Below, in pieces: positions 34,954 through 44,202 of a stretch of 64,000 bases of DNA (position 1 is the first letter of the stretch; each line of letters starts with the position of its first letter). Under the pieces are notes generated by a model. That model was not told the DNA's origin, did no database searches, and saw only the letters and a program-made list of their open reading frames with translations. Position numbers and translations under genes: made by a program. The stretch is taken from sequence record NC_042013.1; one strand, 5' to 3'.

Positions 34954-36263
34954 TCGTTAGAAATATTAACAACCCTTACGAAGAGGACATCTGTCAAAAT
35001 TGGATCAGAGTCCTCTTCATTCACTCTGATAAGCAAGATGACGTTATCACCTTCTTCTTTTTCATCCAAATGGAATACTGATGATGCTTCCTTGAATTCC
35101 AAGCTGGACGAACCGACCGCGCAATGGAAAATATACTTTCCACTTACAACCGTTTCATAATGTTTATCCATCTCGTCATTATTATCTGGATCGGTGATTT
35201 CAAAACCCAAAGCGCCGGATAGTTCAAAGGTATTGTTTACAAGCTTTTCATATGGAATGTCCATAAACGAAATCTTAGCGTCATCAACGTTTTCAATACC
35301 GAAATATTCTTCGACTTCATCAATCATATCATTGTAGATGTCACCGAGAAGAACATTTTCTTCAGTATTCAGCACTTCCGCACCTTCCTCGGCAGTATAC
35401 TGCTTTGTTGGAATTACATAAAGAACGGGATGCGGTTCCGAATGTGTTGCGTTGGTACGTTCTGCAAGCGCTTTGCTAAATGCATCCATAGAAAACACAG
35501 GCTTTTCATTTTCTGTATTTCCCTCGTTAGAATTAGGTTCTTCGCCGGTTACATTCAGAATAGCAGCCTTGAATGCTTCTGGAGAGAATTTTGAAGGTGG
35601 GAGTTCAGTAGGTTCGTCATCATCCTCTGTGAACATATCTCCAGCCGTTGTGTTTTCAGAATCATCCTTAGAAGGGTCATATTTGACACCTACGAAGTTT
35701 CCGTTGAAAATATCATTAGGATCATCAGACGTTGACTGATTGATCAAATTAATATTTCCATCAAAGGACGCAAACGATTCACCTGTAAGCTCGTCGCGGG
35801 CAATACGATCAGCCGCATTCTTCATTGACATTTGCTGCATTTCAATTGGTGCAATCTTGCTGATATCAATACCCGCAAGTTCGGCCATAGTTGGCGCAGA
35901 ATACGATTCTGGATTATCATATGCTTGATGATATCGAGCAACTTCTTCTTCGAGTTCGGTTGCCTTCTTCATAGAATCAACCTTGCTATAAACGATGTTT
36001 GAAGCTTGGATGGTAATCTGATATTTGGCAATAAACGCGTCCCGATCTTTTTCAGACTTATGAACAAAGATATCAAGAGCATTACGAAACGGTTTAAAAT
36101 CCGCGAGTGTGAGGGACATAATCGCGTCCGATTCTTCGTGGCTTTGAACGAGGGAATCCTTTTTCAAAATTTCTACGAAGTTACGAAGGTCGCCTACTGT
36201 ATTGGCAGCTACAACAACGGTTGCTGGTTCATCTTCATATTCGGTCACAAAACCATAAATCAT
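34950..36263 (-). CDS. large acidic hypothetical protein
   Basis: 437 aa, D/E-rich low-complexity linker between two predicted domains. Confidence 0.8.
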   Translation of the reverse strand: MIYGFVTEYEDEPATVVVAANTVGDLRNFVEILKKDSLVQSHEESDAIMSLTLADFKPFRNALDIFVHKSEKDRDAFIAKYQITIQASNIVYSKVDSMKKATELEEEVARYHQAYDNPESYSAPTMAELAGIDISKIAPIEMQQMSMKNAADRIARDELTGESFASFDGNINLINQSTSDDPNDIFNGNFVGVKYDPSKDDSENTTAGDMFTEDDDEPTELPPSKFSPEAFKAAILNVTGEEPNSNEGNTENEKPVFSMDAFSKALAERTNATHSEPHPVLYVIPTKQYTAEEGAEVLNTEENVLLGDIYNDMIDEVEEYFGIENVDDAKISFMDIPYEKLVNNTFELSGALGFEITDPDNNDEMDKHYETVVSGKYIFHCAVGSSSLEFKEASSVFHLDEKEEGDNVILLIRVNEEDSDPILTDVLFVRVVNISND

Positions 36264-36298
36264 AAAATTCTCCTTATCTGGTATTCATCAATTGCAGA

Positions 36299-36697
36299 TT
36301 AACAGTTACAGCAAGGATTGTCAACAGGTTCTTGAAATAGAAATTTGAAATAATTGATTTCATTTTGCATGTTAAGGATGTTTACATAGAATGGTTGCGG
36401 AGTCCATTTTTCTGGTCCAAAATGTGTATCCGTTAACAAGATAGATCGTTCTTGACGTGTTAGTGAAAATATGTCCACTAACGGTTTTGAATAAAACATC
36501 TGTTGACCATATGGTTTTAATGAGAACCAGCATTTCAAACTAAAATCTTGATTTCCACGTCCTACCTGTTGAAAACGTAAAAGCATCGGATTGGTTGGCT
36601 CGATACGAAATATATATGCACGACCAGACATAATAGTATAATAACCATCATCATCATAATGATTAATGATTTCTGCATAATCTGGAATAGTAGTCAT
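36299..36697 (-). CDS. hypothetical protein
   Basis: 132-aa ORF; TAAATA at 36719-36724. Confidence 0.7.
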   Translation of the reverse strand: MTTIPDYAEIINHYDDDGYYTIMSGRAYIFRIEPTNPMLLRFQQVGRGNQDFSLKCWFSLKPYGQQMFYSKPLVDIFSLTRQERSILLTDTHFGPEKWTPQPFYVNILNMQNEINYFKFLFQEPVDNPCCNC

Positions 36698-36750
36698 GCG
36701 TGTTACCCCTTTTATAGTTATTTAGGGGTAACAATAATTCAAATCATCTA

Positions 36751-37338
36751 TTATTGTGGTATCGAATATGGCGTTTCGAATGTATCGATTATAAATTTGT
36801 TTTTATAAACAATCATATCATAATACCCCGCCATTTTAATCATAAATGGGATATAATCTGGTTCTGTCTTAAACAACAAACCGCCAAGTTGGTATAAAAT
36901 TTCCACGTCATAATTTTCTTGATATTCTTTTATAGGTGTTAAATCATAATTCTCGAATGTGTAAATTGATTTAAAAAACACCAGCGTACCTTGATCATTA
37001 ATGCCGCCATTAGTATATAACTTTTTTAATATTCTATGTTTTCGGCTACCGATTACTTTAATAATTTCGTAGTGGGACTTCACAGAATTTATAATATCAT
37101 TGACTTGTATTATTCCGTCATCGTGTTCGAATACCGCGTTTTGAAGTGCGCTATAATCCTTATGATGTTTCATACAATGAAAAATTTTGTCAATTAAAAA
37201 TCTTAATGACATTTCTTGACGTATTTTTTCGTCCGGTTCTTGGTATAGAGCATACCCAAATTCATTCATATATGTAGCACGAACGATTTTCCCTGATTCA
37301 GAAATAACATTCCCAACGACGCTATCTGGTATATTCAT
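36751..37338 (-). CDS. hypothetical protein
   Basis: 195-aa operon-coupled ORF. Confidence 0.75.
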   Translation of the reverse strand: MNIPDSVVGNVISESGKIVRATYMNEFGYALYQEPDEKIRQEMSLRFLIDKIFHCMKHHKDYSALQNAVFEHDDGIIQVNDIINSVKSHYEIIKVIGSRKHRILKKLYTNGGINDQGTLVFFKSIYTFENYDLTPIKEYQENYDVEILYQLGGLLFKTEPDYIPFMIKMAGYYDMIVYKNKFIIDTFETPYSIPQ

Positions 37339-37597
37339 CTTGTAATTTTCTCATCATATAATGCACAACATTTTCGTGTTTAATGTTGCATCCATTTGCT
37401 AATTTGAAACGCAAGCTATCTGATTTGTTTTTAAAAAAGAAAAATCCCCTACTTTCATACCAGACGCCGGGAATTCCAACATTATACATTTGACCAATGT
37501 TTTCAACACACCATACGATACAGCCGACAACATTACCCTCGACCTTATAGACGTGTGGGAATTCGTGTGGGATGTTAGGGGATTTTATTTTTTGCAT
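37322..37597 (-). CDS. small protein with F..E.D...F.L.F-type motif
   Basis: FFFKNKSDSLRFKL; similar motif in 37599-37802 and 50215-50517. Confidence 0.65.
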   Translation of the reverse strand: MQKIKSPNIPHEFPHVYKVEGNVVGCIVWCVENIGQMYNVGIPGVWYESRGFFFFKNKSDSLRFKLANGCNIKHENVVHYMMRKLQDEYTR

Positions 37598-37598
37598 A

Positions 37599-37802
37599 TC
37601 AGCTAAACTTCGTCGCAAACGCAAGGCTTTCGGCCTCGTCGTTGAATGCAATAAGATTGAAATCAGGAAGATTAAGAAGATCAGATTCCTGCTCTTTTAC
37701 CCATTCCTTAACTTCTTCAACGTGCCTCACGTCATAAAAAATATGGTTCTTGTACTTCTTGCCACCAAACTTAAATTCTTTCTTTACGATTTCAATGATC
37801 AT
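37599..37802 (-). CDS. small protein with F..E.D...F.L.F-type motif
   Basis: IAFNDEAESLAFATKFS; GGAG RBS. Confidence 0.7.
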   Translation of the reverse strand: MIIEIVKKEFKFGGKKYKNHIFYDVRHVEEVKEWVKEQESDLLNLPDFNLIAFNDEAESLAFATKFS

Positions 37803-37916
37803 AACAATCTCCTTTTTTCAGATACCGATATTATATTCGATCTTTTTGGATTTGCAACAATAAAAACCTATTTTTTAATTTACCTAAATACCATACGTAT
37901 ATGAAAGGGATTTGTT

Positions 37917-38213
37917 ATGCCGGGTGCAGCAAGATTAAGTGACGTGTCGACAGGCCATAATTGTTATCCATCAAGACCTAATATTCAAGCGTCGACGGAT
38001 GTTTTTATAAACAACCGTGGTGCACATCGTCAATCAGACGCGTGGGCAGTTCATTGCAGAAAGTGTTTTCCGAAGAAATGCCACGGCGGGAACCTAGCCT
38101 CAGGTTCTCCCACCGTGTATACTAATAATCTTCAGCAAGGAAGAATCGGTGATCCTGTCAGTTGCGGAGATAGAGTCGCATCCGGTTCAGGTGATGTTAT
38201 TGTTGGTCCGTAA
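37917..38213 (+). CDS. PAAR-repeat baseplate spike-tip protein (T4 gp5.4-like)
   Basis: MPGAARLSD...VFINNRGAHR..D...H...H.G....GSPTV..N....GRIGD..SCG...ASGS.DV; TAAATA at 37885. Confidence 0.92.
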   Translation: MPGAARLSDVSTGHNCYPSRPNIQASTDVFINNRGAHRQSDAWAVHCRKCFPKKCHGGNLASGSPTVYTNNLQQGRIGDPVSCGDRVASGSGDVIVGP

Positions 38214-38496
38214 GAGACATCATCAACAATACGGTATCGATTTCCTCGTAAAGATTATCTAATTCATTTTGATTGTTGTTTTTTGCAAGAAAGAAAAACC
38301 CATCAGACGTGGTATGGCACGTTGTTGCTTCAGGAACAATACCAAGATCGATTACCTCATTAGCAACCCTTTTATTAAAGGCATAGTCGGATGTGTCTGT
38401 TGATACACGAATGGTGTCGTATGTCCTGAATTGGTCGGCTTCTCCGAATATGTAACGAACGGTAAACATACCACGACTTTTGGTTTTTTCTTTCAT
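38197..38496 (-). CDS. hypothetical protein
   Basis: 99-aa operon-coupled ORF. Confidence 0.7.
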   Translation of the reverse strand: MKEKTKSRGMFTVRYIFGEADQFRTYDTIRVSTDTSDYAFNKRVANEVIDLGIVPEATTCHTTSDGFFFLAKNNNQNELDNLYEEIDTVLLMMSLTDQQ

Positions 38497-38864
38497 ACGG
38501 CTATATCCATTAACTCGGTTATCACGTTTTTATTTTCTTCCGCGATTTGGATGTAAAAAGGCGGTTGTATATTTAACCCTGTAGTCCTCATTATGTCAAT
38601 AATTTTATCGAATATTTCTTGATACAGTTCAATGTTTCCGTTTTGGATACTCATTTGACCGCAAAACAATTCACCGTATCGTGGTGGTAAAAATTCTATG
38701 GGAGCAGCCATTTCTTTATCGATACTCGATATGAACAAGTTAAGTTCGTCATTTCCTTGAACTAGTTCCATCTTTTCTTCAATTTCTTGGTGATTGCCAT
38801 ATACCGGCGCAACGAAGGTGATGATGTCATTTTCATGATTGAAAGTCATATTGATAAAACGCAT
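38493..38864 (-). CDS. hypothetical protein
   Basis: 123-aa ORF, AAGGA RBS. Confidence 0.75.
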   Translation of the reverse strand: MRFINMTFNHENDIITFVAPVYGNHQEIEEKMELVQGNDELNLFISSIDKEMAAPIEFLPPRYGELFCGQMSIQNGNIELYQEIFDKIIDIMRTTGLNIQPPFYIQIAEENKNVITELMDIAV

Positions 38865-38954
38865 TGTCGTTTTCCTTGTTGTGTTAGTGATGCAAATCTA
38901 ACATGCTGAAAACGCATTCGTTCCAAATAAAAATTAAAAAAGAGTTAATGAGAT

Positions 38955-39066
38955 TTTTAAGGAGGAGTAAAGGAAGGTGGCGTTCCCCCAAGAAACATAG
39001 AACCTGCGACATCCAACGAGGATAGGAGGACTCGGGTATCAAGCGTGGTTCAAACCACCTTCCAAT
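38955..39066 (-). ncRNA. candidate sRNA/leader with anti-Shine-Dalgarno (UCCUCCU) motifs
   Basis: TTGACT-17-TATAGT promoter (39101-39073); GGAAGGTGG/CCACCTTCC closing stem; CGAG-TCCTCCTATC-CTCG hairpin; CTCCTCCTTA tail. Confidence 0.5.
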
Positions 39067-39146
39067 ATGAAAACTATACAAAAATAAGTTTCGGGAGTCA
39101 ATATCTTTTTAACAAAAAAGCCAGCCTCGAAAGGCTGGCTTTTGCA

Positions 39147-39602
39147 TTATTTCCAATTCTTCTCGGCTTCATCAAGAACAGCATACATAATGGTATACTT
39201 CTTCATTCTTTCAAAATCCTTTTCCCTAAGACCCTTCAATCTCGTAAGGTCCATGTTATTGGTGATATCCGCTTTTTTAACCCGAATAGCATCAATGTTG
39301 GTAAGAATCCCTTCAAGGTATTCCTCGTGCGTTTGGCCGGGAACTTTTGTAAGAAGTCGAACCGCATCAATAATACGATCAGTCATGTTGTTTTCACGAA
39401 GTTTCTGATAGGTGCCTTTGGTGTATTTGCAATCTTCGATATAATCGTGAAGGAGGGCAATACACATCAACTCTTCATCGTTGGACCTAAGTAGGTTCAT
39501 AACTGCAAATACATGAAGAAGATATGGGTTACCACCTTTATCATATTGACCATCATGACCGGTTGCGGCGAGAACGCTGGCAATGTTAAGAAGATGTTTC
39601 AT
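39147..39602 (-). CDS. HD-domain (p)ppGpp hydrolase-like protein (SpoT-HD/Mesh1/small alarmone hydrolase family)
   Basis: H.GQ.DK.G.PYLLHV..V ... ALLHDYIED ... V.LLT ... VKKADI..N. Confidence 0.85.
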   Translation of the reverse strand: MKHLLNIASVLAATGHDGQYDKGGNPYLLHVFAVMNLLRSNDEELMCIALLHDYIEDCKYTKGTYQKLRENNMTDRIIDAVRLLTKVPGQTHEEYLEGILTNIDAIRVKKADITNNMDLTRLKGLREKDFERMKKYTIMYAVLDEAEKNWK

Positions 39603-39665
39603 GGTTATTCTCCTTCTGTTGATAGTTAGAGAATATATGTCATTTAAAAAGAAGTCAAATACTTT

Positions 39666-40502
39666 TTAAGCTTTTACTATGTAAAAATAAATCATATCAG
39701 GGTCTACAGTAACTTTAACTTCATAACCAAGGGATTTAAGTTTCGGTTCAAACTTTTTGATCATTTTTTGATACGTTTTACCCAAACTCACGTCACCATA
39801 GTTTTCACCGGAAAAATCGATAGATTTTGGTTTTTCGTTTTGTATGAATTTAGTAATTTCTGAAATTACAGTTCCGAGGACTTTAAGAGAATCCGATAAT
39901 TTTGCCCCTATGCCGGGAGTAAACATATCATCTAAACCTTTTCCTACAAATCCATAATCAACAACATATTCATCAGGATCATCAAAATTTTCATAGAAAC
40001 TAAGGAAATATTTTATATCATTTACCGTGAAATAAACTGTTTTTTTGTTCATTCCCATTTCAGGTTCGCTAACCGTTGCAACTGAATCGAATGCCTCTAC
40101 TTTAATTTTCTTACCGGGATATACAGGGTCTCTGCCAAGAGACAAACGGACAGCATCCTCGTCGGATACATGGTCTGGAGCATCGGCTATTGCTCTAAGT
40201 CTTTTATGATATTGCATATCCTTTGGTTCTTTTTCACCAAATGGACTCTCCGCATCAAAATGATATCCATTAAATTCAACCCAAGAATGACCGGGGAATG
40301 TGCCGTCCGTATAATCCGTTGTTGAATTAACAACTTTTGCATTTGGTCCAAGTTTTTTAGCTAGTTTATTGGCAAATCCCCAACACCATCCGTTATTAAT
40401 TTCCCAAGCATCCTCACCGAATTTTCTAACCTCATTTCGAATTAATTTCGATATTTCGCTTCTAGTTAAGGACTTATTTTCAAGAAGATCATTCCAACGC
40501 AT
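39666..40502 (-). CDS. probable internal-head/virion protein, ELFD-repeat family
   Basis: MRWNDLLE start; C-terminal half matches the repeats of 40504-41394. Confidence 0.7.
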   Translation of the reverse strand: MRWNDLLENKSLTRSEISKLIRNEVRKFGEDAWEINNGWCWGFANKLAKKLGPNAKVVNSTTDYTDGTFPGHSWVEFNGYHFDAESPFGEKEPKDMQYHKRLRAIADAPDHVSDEDAVRLSLGRDPVYPGKKIKVEAFDSVATVSEPEMGMNKKTVYFTVNDIKYFLSFYENFDDPDEYVVDYGFVGKGLDDMFTPGIGAKLSDSLKVLGTVISEITKFIQNEKPKSIDFSGENYGDVSLGKTYQKMIKKFEPKLKSLGYEVKVTVDPDMIYFYIVKA

Positions 40503-40503
40503 A

Positions 40504-41394
40504 TTACACCTTTTTATATCCGTAAATTACTTCTTGATCTTTTGGCGCAATAATAAAGTGTTCCGTTCCATCATTGTTTTTACTGTATATCTGATAACCT
40601 TCTTTATCTAAACGAGAAGCTGCACGTTTTGCCATTGCGATATAAAGTTTGCCTAATCCGTGGGAGTCTTCCCCGTCAAACGTTACCATATATGGGGTTT
40701 GGGTTTTAATGAACTGTAGCAGATAGCTTGTCACAATCGATAATACTTTCAATGCATTACCTTTTTCACGTGGTGGGATGTATGAATCGTGACTGCCTTT
40801 TACTTTAAGGCCGTATTCATATGACCACGAATTGTCTCCGTGATGAACGAAGTTGGCAAAATACTTCTGACCGTCAACCTCAAATTCATAATACTTATGA
40901 CCACTGGTTGATAAATTTTTTGGTAATTTATGTGGTGTATCGAATAATTCTGTTAGATTTTTCTTGATAACAAATGATGCTGCACCGCCGAGGTCATGTT
41001 CTACAACGGTGTATCCTAAAGCCTCGAGGCGTTTATTAAGTACACGCGCCATTGCTGAATATAAAGAACCGAGACCAACATTTTTGTCACCAAAAAAACT
41101 GATCGTATCCGGTTTATTTCCTTTAATAAAACGTTCAACATATGCCACTACATATGATAAAATTTTCTTACCGTCTATATCTTTAGTTCTTTTAGGCGTA
41201 TATGATACTTTATCATAATCGTCCAAATACCCGTATGATACGCGCCAGTTTTTTCCAGAGCTTTTGTCAAAATCAATTCGATACTCTTCTCCATCAACCT
41301 CAAATTTATATCGTTTGAGGTTGTGAAGACCACGGGTATCATTTGTGAATTTTTTGGGTTTAGTATCAAATAATTCAGACAGTAGCATAACCAA
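40504..41394 (-). CDS. probable internal-head/virion protein with two ELFD repeats
   Basis: two copies of ELFDT...Y.FEVDG..Y...YG...K.LS.V...FIK...P....F.G...GLG.LY.AMA; TAAATA at 41416-41421. Confidence 0.75.
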   Translation of the reverse strand: MVMLLSELFDTKPKKFTNDTRGLHNLKRYKFEVDGEEYRIDFDKSSGKNWRVSYGYLDDYDKVSYTPKRTKDIDGKKILSYVVAYVERFIKGNKPDTISFFGDKNVGLGSLYSAMARVLNKRLEALGYTVVEHDLGGAASFVIKKNLTELFDTPHKLPKNLSTSGHKYYEFEVDGQKYFANFVHHGDNSWSYEYGLKVKGSHDSYIPPREKGNALKVLSIVTSYLLQFIKTQTPYMVTFDGEDSHGLGKLYIAMAKRAASRLDKEGYQIYSKNNDGTEHFIIAPKDQEVIYGYKKV

Positions 41395-41418
41395 AATACC
41401 TAATTATAATATAGGTAT

Positions 41419-41856
41419 TTATTTAATAGGAAACTTATCAACCTCCGCAAGCAACGCGTCCAGTTCTTCTTCCGTTTTGTTGCGAATTTTTTGAAGCATA
41501 TCCTCTTTTTCACGAAGTCTCTTTTTGAGATCGTCAATTGTCGAATCGAGATTCTTAATCACAAGTTTTCCATAATAAGATTTTGTCAACCCGTGATAGT
41601 TGAATAATTCAATACTTGCATTTGAGAACTCTCCATCACTATTGGATGAGTTCATGTAAATCTGAAAAGAGTAATCCCAAAAATAACGAACAAAGATGTT
41701 TTCGCCAATATCGATAAAATTTTTAACACGAAACATAATTTCGCCGTCAACATCATTGATCTTATCTTCAAGACGCCTGATAGTCTCAACCTTTCGATGA
41801 ATTCTCCAGTTCATCTTAGTTTTATAAATGTATTTCTTAATCTTTTCAAACATCAT
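41419..41856 (-). CDS. hypothetical protein
   Basis: 145-aa operon-coupled ORF. Confidence 0.7.
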   Translation of the reverse strand: MMFEKIKKYIYKTKMNWRIHRKVETIRRLEDKINDVDGEIMFRVKNFIDIGENIFVRYFWDYSFQIYMNSSNSDGEFSNASIELFNYHGLTKSYYGKLVIKNLDSTIDDLKKRLREKEDMLQKIRNKTEEELDALLAEVDKFPIK

Positions 41857-42122
41857 TTTCTCCTTAACTTCACCCTCGTTTGTAGATGGCGCAATAACGA
41901 ATTTGCCTCTACCATGAACACTATACTATGAGGAATAATATGCATCCTTAGATCATACATATTAAATTGTTTCATATTAAAGTAGTCTTCCATTTCATTC
42001 ATAATGCTTTTAGGTATCATACCCTTTTCATATGGTCGGCACTGATCTTTAAGAGAAGAATAAATCTCATTCAATTCTTTATCTTGACGGATTTTATCTT
42101 CAAGTATCTCCTCTGGTGTCAT
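41853..42122 (-). CDS. hypothetical protein
   Basis: start refined to MTPEEIL; AAGGA RBS. Confidence 0.65.
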   Translation of the reverse strand: MTPEEILEDKIRQDKELNEIYSSLKDQCRPYEKGMIPKSIMNEMEDYFNMKQFNMYDLRMHIIPHSIVFMVEANSLLRHLQTRVKLRRK

Positions 42123-42337
42123 TTTGTTTTCCTTATCAAAAAGAAAACCGGCCAACATATAACCGGCAACAGTAACATTAAACTGATCAATAGTGTTTCT
42201 GCCGTGCCGACCTTCTTTCCAACCTCCTTTTCAATTTCTGTTAACTTTACCAAAAATTCATTTGTTCGAATAATGGAAATGACCATATACAAACCAACCA
42301 TATAATATAAGAATGTCATGATGTACAAAAACGTCAT
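42119..42337 (-). CDS. small two-TM membrane protein
   Basis: start refined to MTFLYIM; ends ..WP.F.... like its neighbour. Confidence 0.65.
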   Translation of the reverse strand: MTFLYIMTFLYYMVGLYMVISIIRTNEFLVKLTEIEKEVGKKVGTAETLLISLMLLLPVICWPVFFLIRKTK

Positions 42338-42573
42338 TTCCCGCCCTTTATAAAATAATACGGCCACGCTGCGATAGTGAAAACTATGATGATAGAAATG
42401 ATAACCATACCATAGTTGATTTCTTCTTGAAAGAGGTTGTTTTCAGTTTCCGAGTCGATGATTTCTTTTGTTGATTGCGCTAAGAAAATAACAACAACAA
42501 AAGCGATACCGATTGAAAAATAAAAAGCGATTACCGGTAATATAATCGGTAAAAGGTCGGCAATTAACGACAT
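42334..42573 (-). CDS. small two-TM membrane protein (paralogue of 42119-42337)
   Basis: Y.SIG helix 1, AWPYY helix 2. Confidence 0.7.
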   Translation of the reverse strand: MSLIADLLPIILPVIAFYFSIGIAFVVVIFLAQSTKEIIDSETENNLFQEEINYGMVIISIIIVFTIAAWPYYFIKGGK

Positions 42574-42947
42574 TCTTCATACACCGCAAGCGTTTTGGAA
42601 AAATGACTTAGATTGAACGTATAGGTAAGTCCGTCAGAAAAAACACTAAATTCGTCAACCGTTAGAAGATCGTTCAAAAGATTCACGTCATCCGAATACG
42701 CAACAACCGCGTCTGGTGTGTTTCTAACATTCATTTCATAAACGGTGTTATCAAATTGAATTTCAACTGGCGAACCATACGGAATAGAATCTACGTGAAA
42801 GTAGAAAGACGTATTGGCTGGATCAATGTCGATAATGACAGTTCCATTTGAAGACATGATTGCGCAAGTATCATTGGTCTGAATAACATCCCAATTACCG
42901 AATGACGCAAGTACGGTGGTTAATGCTAATACTGAAGGGATAAACAA
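42564..42947 (-). CDS. exported hypothetical protein
   Basis: signal-like N-terminus then FGNWDV....TC. Confidence 0.7.
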   Translation of the reverse strand: MFIPSVLALTTVLASFGNWDVIQTNDTCAIMSSNGTVIIDIDPANTSFYFHVDSIPYGSPVEIQFDNTVYEMNVRNTPDAVVAYSDDVNLLNDLLTVDEFSVFSDGLTYTFNLSHFSKTLAVYEECR

Positions 42948-43003
42948 TTGTGGTACTCCTAATCTGTTTCATTAAAAGTACCACAACTGATTGTTAAGTC
43001 AAG

Positions 43004-43336
43004 TCATTTCTTCTTTTTCTGAAGTTTATCAACTTGCTCAATGTACGATTTGACTGCCATTTTAAGTCTTAGAATTGAACCGGATAGTTCCAATTCAAAT
43101 TCATTCGCATAAAACTTTTCGTGATATGCGATATCGTTCTTGATTTTGTAATGATTAGAAATTTTATAAAAGAAATCTTTTAGTTTCAATAAATCTATTT
43201 TACGTGGTACTGCAAATGTTACACTAATGGTAGCAAATGATTCGTCGGAATGTTTTTTTAATACATCGAAAGCTTGAGTAAGATCAAACTTACCGAGGTT
43301 GGAGTTAGAGTTTTCACATAATTCAATGTAACGCAT
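43004..43336 (-). CDS. probable late/virion protein
   Basis: MRYIELCE start resembling MRWNDLLE; TAAATA at 43368-43373. Confidence 0.65.
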   Translation of the reverse strand: MRYIELCENSNSNLGKFDLTQAFDVLKKHSDESFATISVTFAVPRKIDLLKLKDFFYKISNHYKIKNDIAYHEKFYANEFELELSGSILRLKMAVKSYIEQVDKLQKKKK

Positions 43337-43396
43337 GGTGCTTAACCTATTAATAAAGTATACGTAATATTTATAGGAAAAGAAAAAGGCGGGTTG

Positions 43397-44110
43397 TTAC
43401 CCGCCTTGTGGTGCACCGATTGGAATACAAGATGCCGAAAGCATTTTTGGATAAAAGTCAAAATTCCGCATCAGTGTCTTGGCACGAATACTGTACGATG
43501 TCACTTTACACTTATTCAATCCCGGCGCAACTGCGGCTGCTACGTAATCAGGATAGAACAAGTTACCCTTATGAACGAGAGACCATATATGATTGAATAT
43601 CGTTGGTTCTACACGAAAATAGAAACCTGTTTCCTCATCCAATGGCAACGAACTATTACCGAGAACCGAATGCACGTTTCCTTCTGGATCGATTTCCTCA
43701 CTCTTGGTAAGATAAATTTCTTCATCAACCTTTGATGTAAATGCGTACATAGTTGTATCAAACGCAAGAACAACAATAGTTGTAGCAAACACATAACCAA
43801 CAAGAACAGTAACAACCACAGTTATGCCAGCGCGGGTTTTTGAGAATCGTAGATTTTCAAAGTCATCACGATAATACACAACGTATGACCAAATCCTGCG
43901 ATATACATTGAAAATTTTACCAACCGGCCAACGGAAAACTTTGAATACAGGATATCCGATGTTTGCCCACACCCATTGCAATGCCCATACAAATTGCCAT
44001 ACAAAGCGATATAGGCGGTTCATATCTTCTTTAGATCGCTGGAACCTCGACTCGGATTTGGCCTTTGCAAGCCGTTCCTCGGTCATTTTTTGAATGGTAT
44101 ATTCGTCCAT
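43397..44110 (-). CDS. membrane protein with C-terminal extracytoplasmic domain
   Basis: start refined to MDEYTIQK (AAGGAG RBS); TM segment GITVVVTVLVGYVFATTIVVLAF. Confidence 0.75.
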   Translation of the reverse strand: MDEYTIQKMTEERLAKAKSESRFQRSKEDMNRLYRFVWQFVWALQWVWANIGYPVFKVFRWPVGKIFNVYRRIWSYVVYYRDDFENLRFSKTRAGITVVVTVLVGYVFATTIVVLAFDTTMYAFTSKVDEEIYLTKSEEIDPEGNVHSVLGNSSLPLDEETGFYFRVEPTIFNHIWSLVHKGNLFYPDYVAAAVAPGLNKCKVTSYSIRAKTLMRNFDFYPKMLSASCIPIGAPQGG

Positions 44111-44124
44111 TTTCACTCCTTTAA

Positions 44125-44200
44125 AGTATGGATAGCGTTCTCCTCTAAAGAGGAGATTTAGTTTAGGAATAACATAGCCGCGCTCCGGCATTAGGGAAAC
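44125..44200 (-). ncRNA. putative omegaRNA/IS605 right-end remnant
   Basis: TCTCCTC-TTTA-GAGGAGA hairpin with CTTTAG core (44156-44139) and GCCG/CGGC hairpin directly 3' of the tnpB-like ORF. Confidence 0.4.
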
Positions 44201-44202
44201 TC

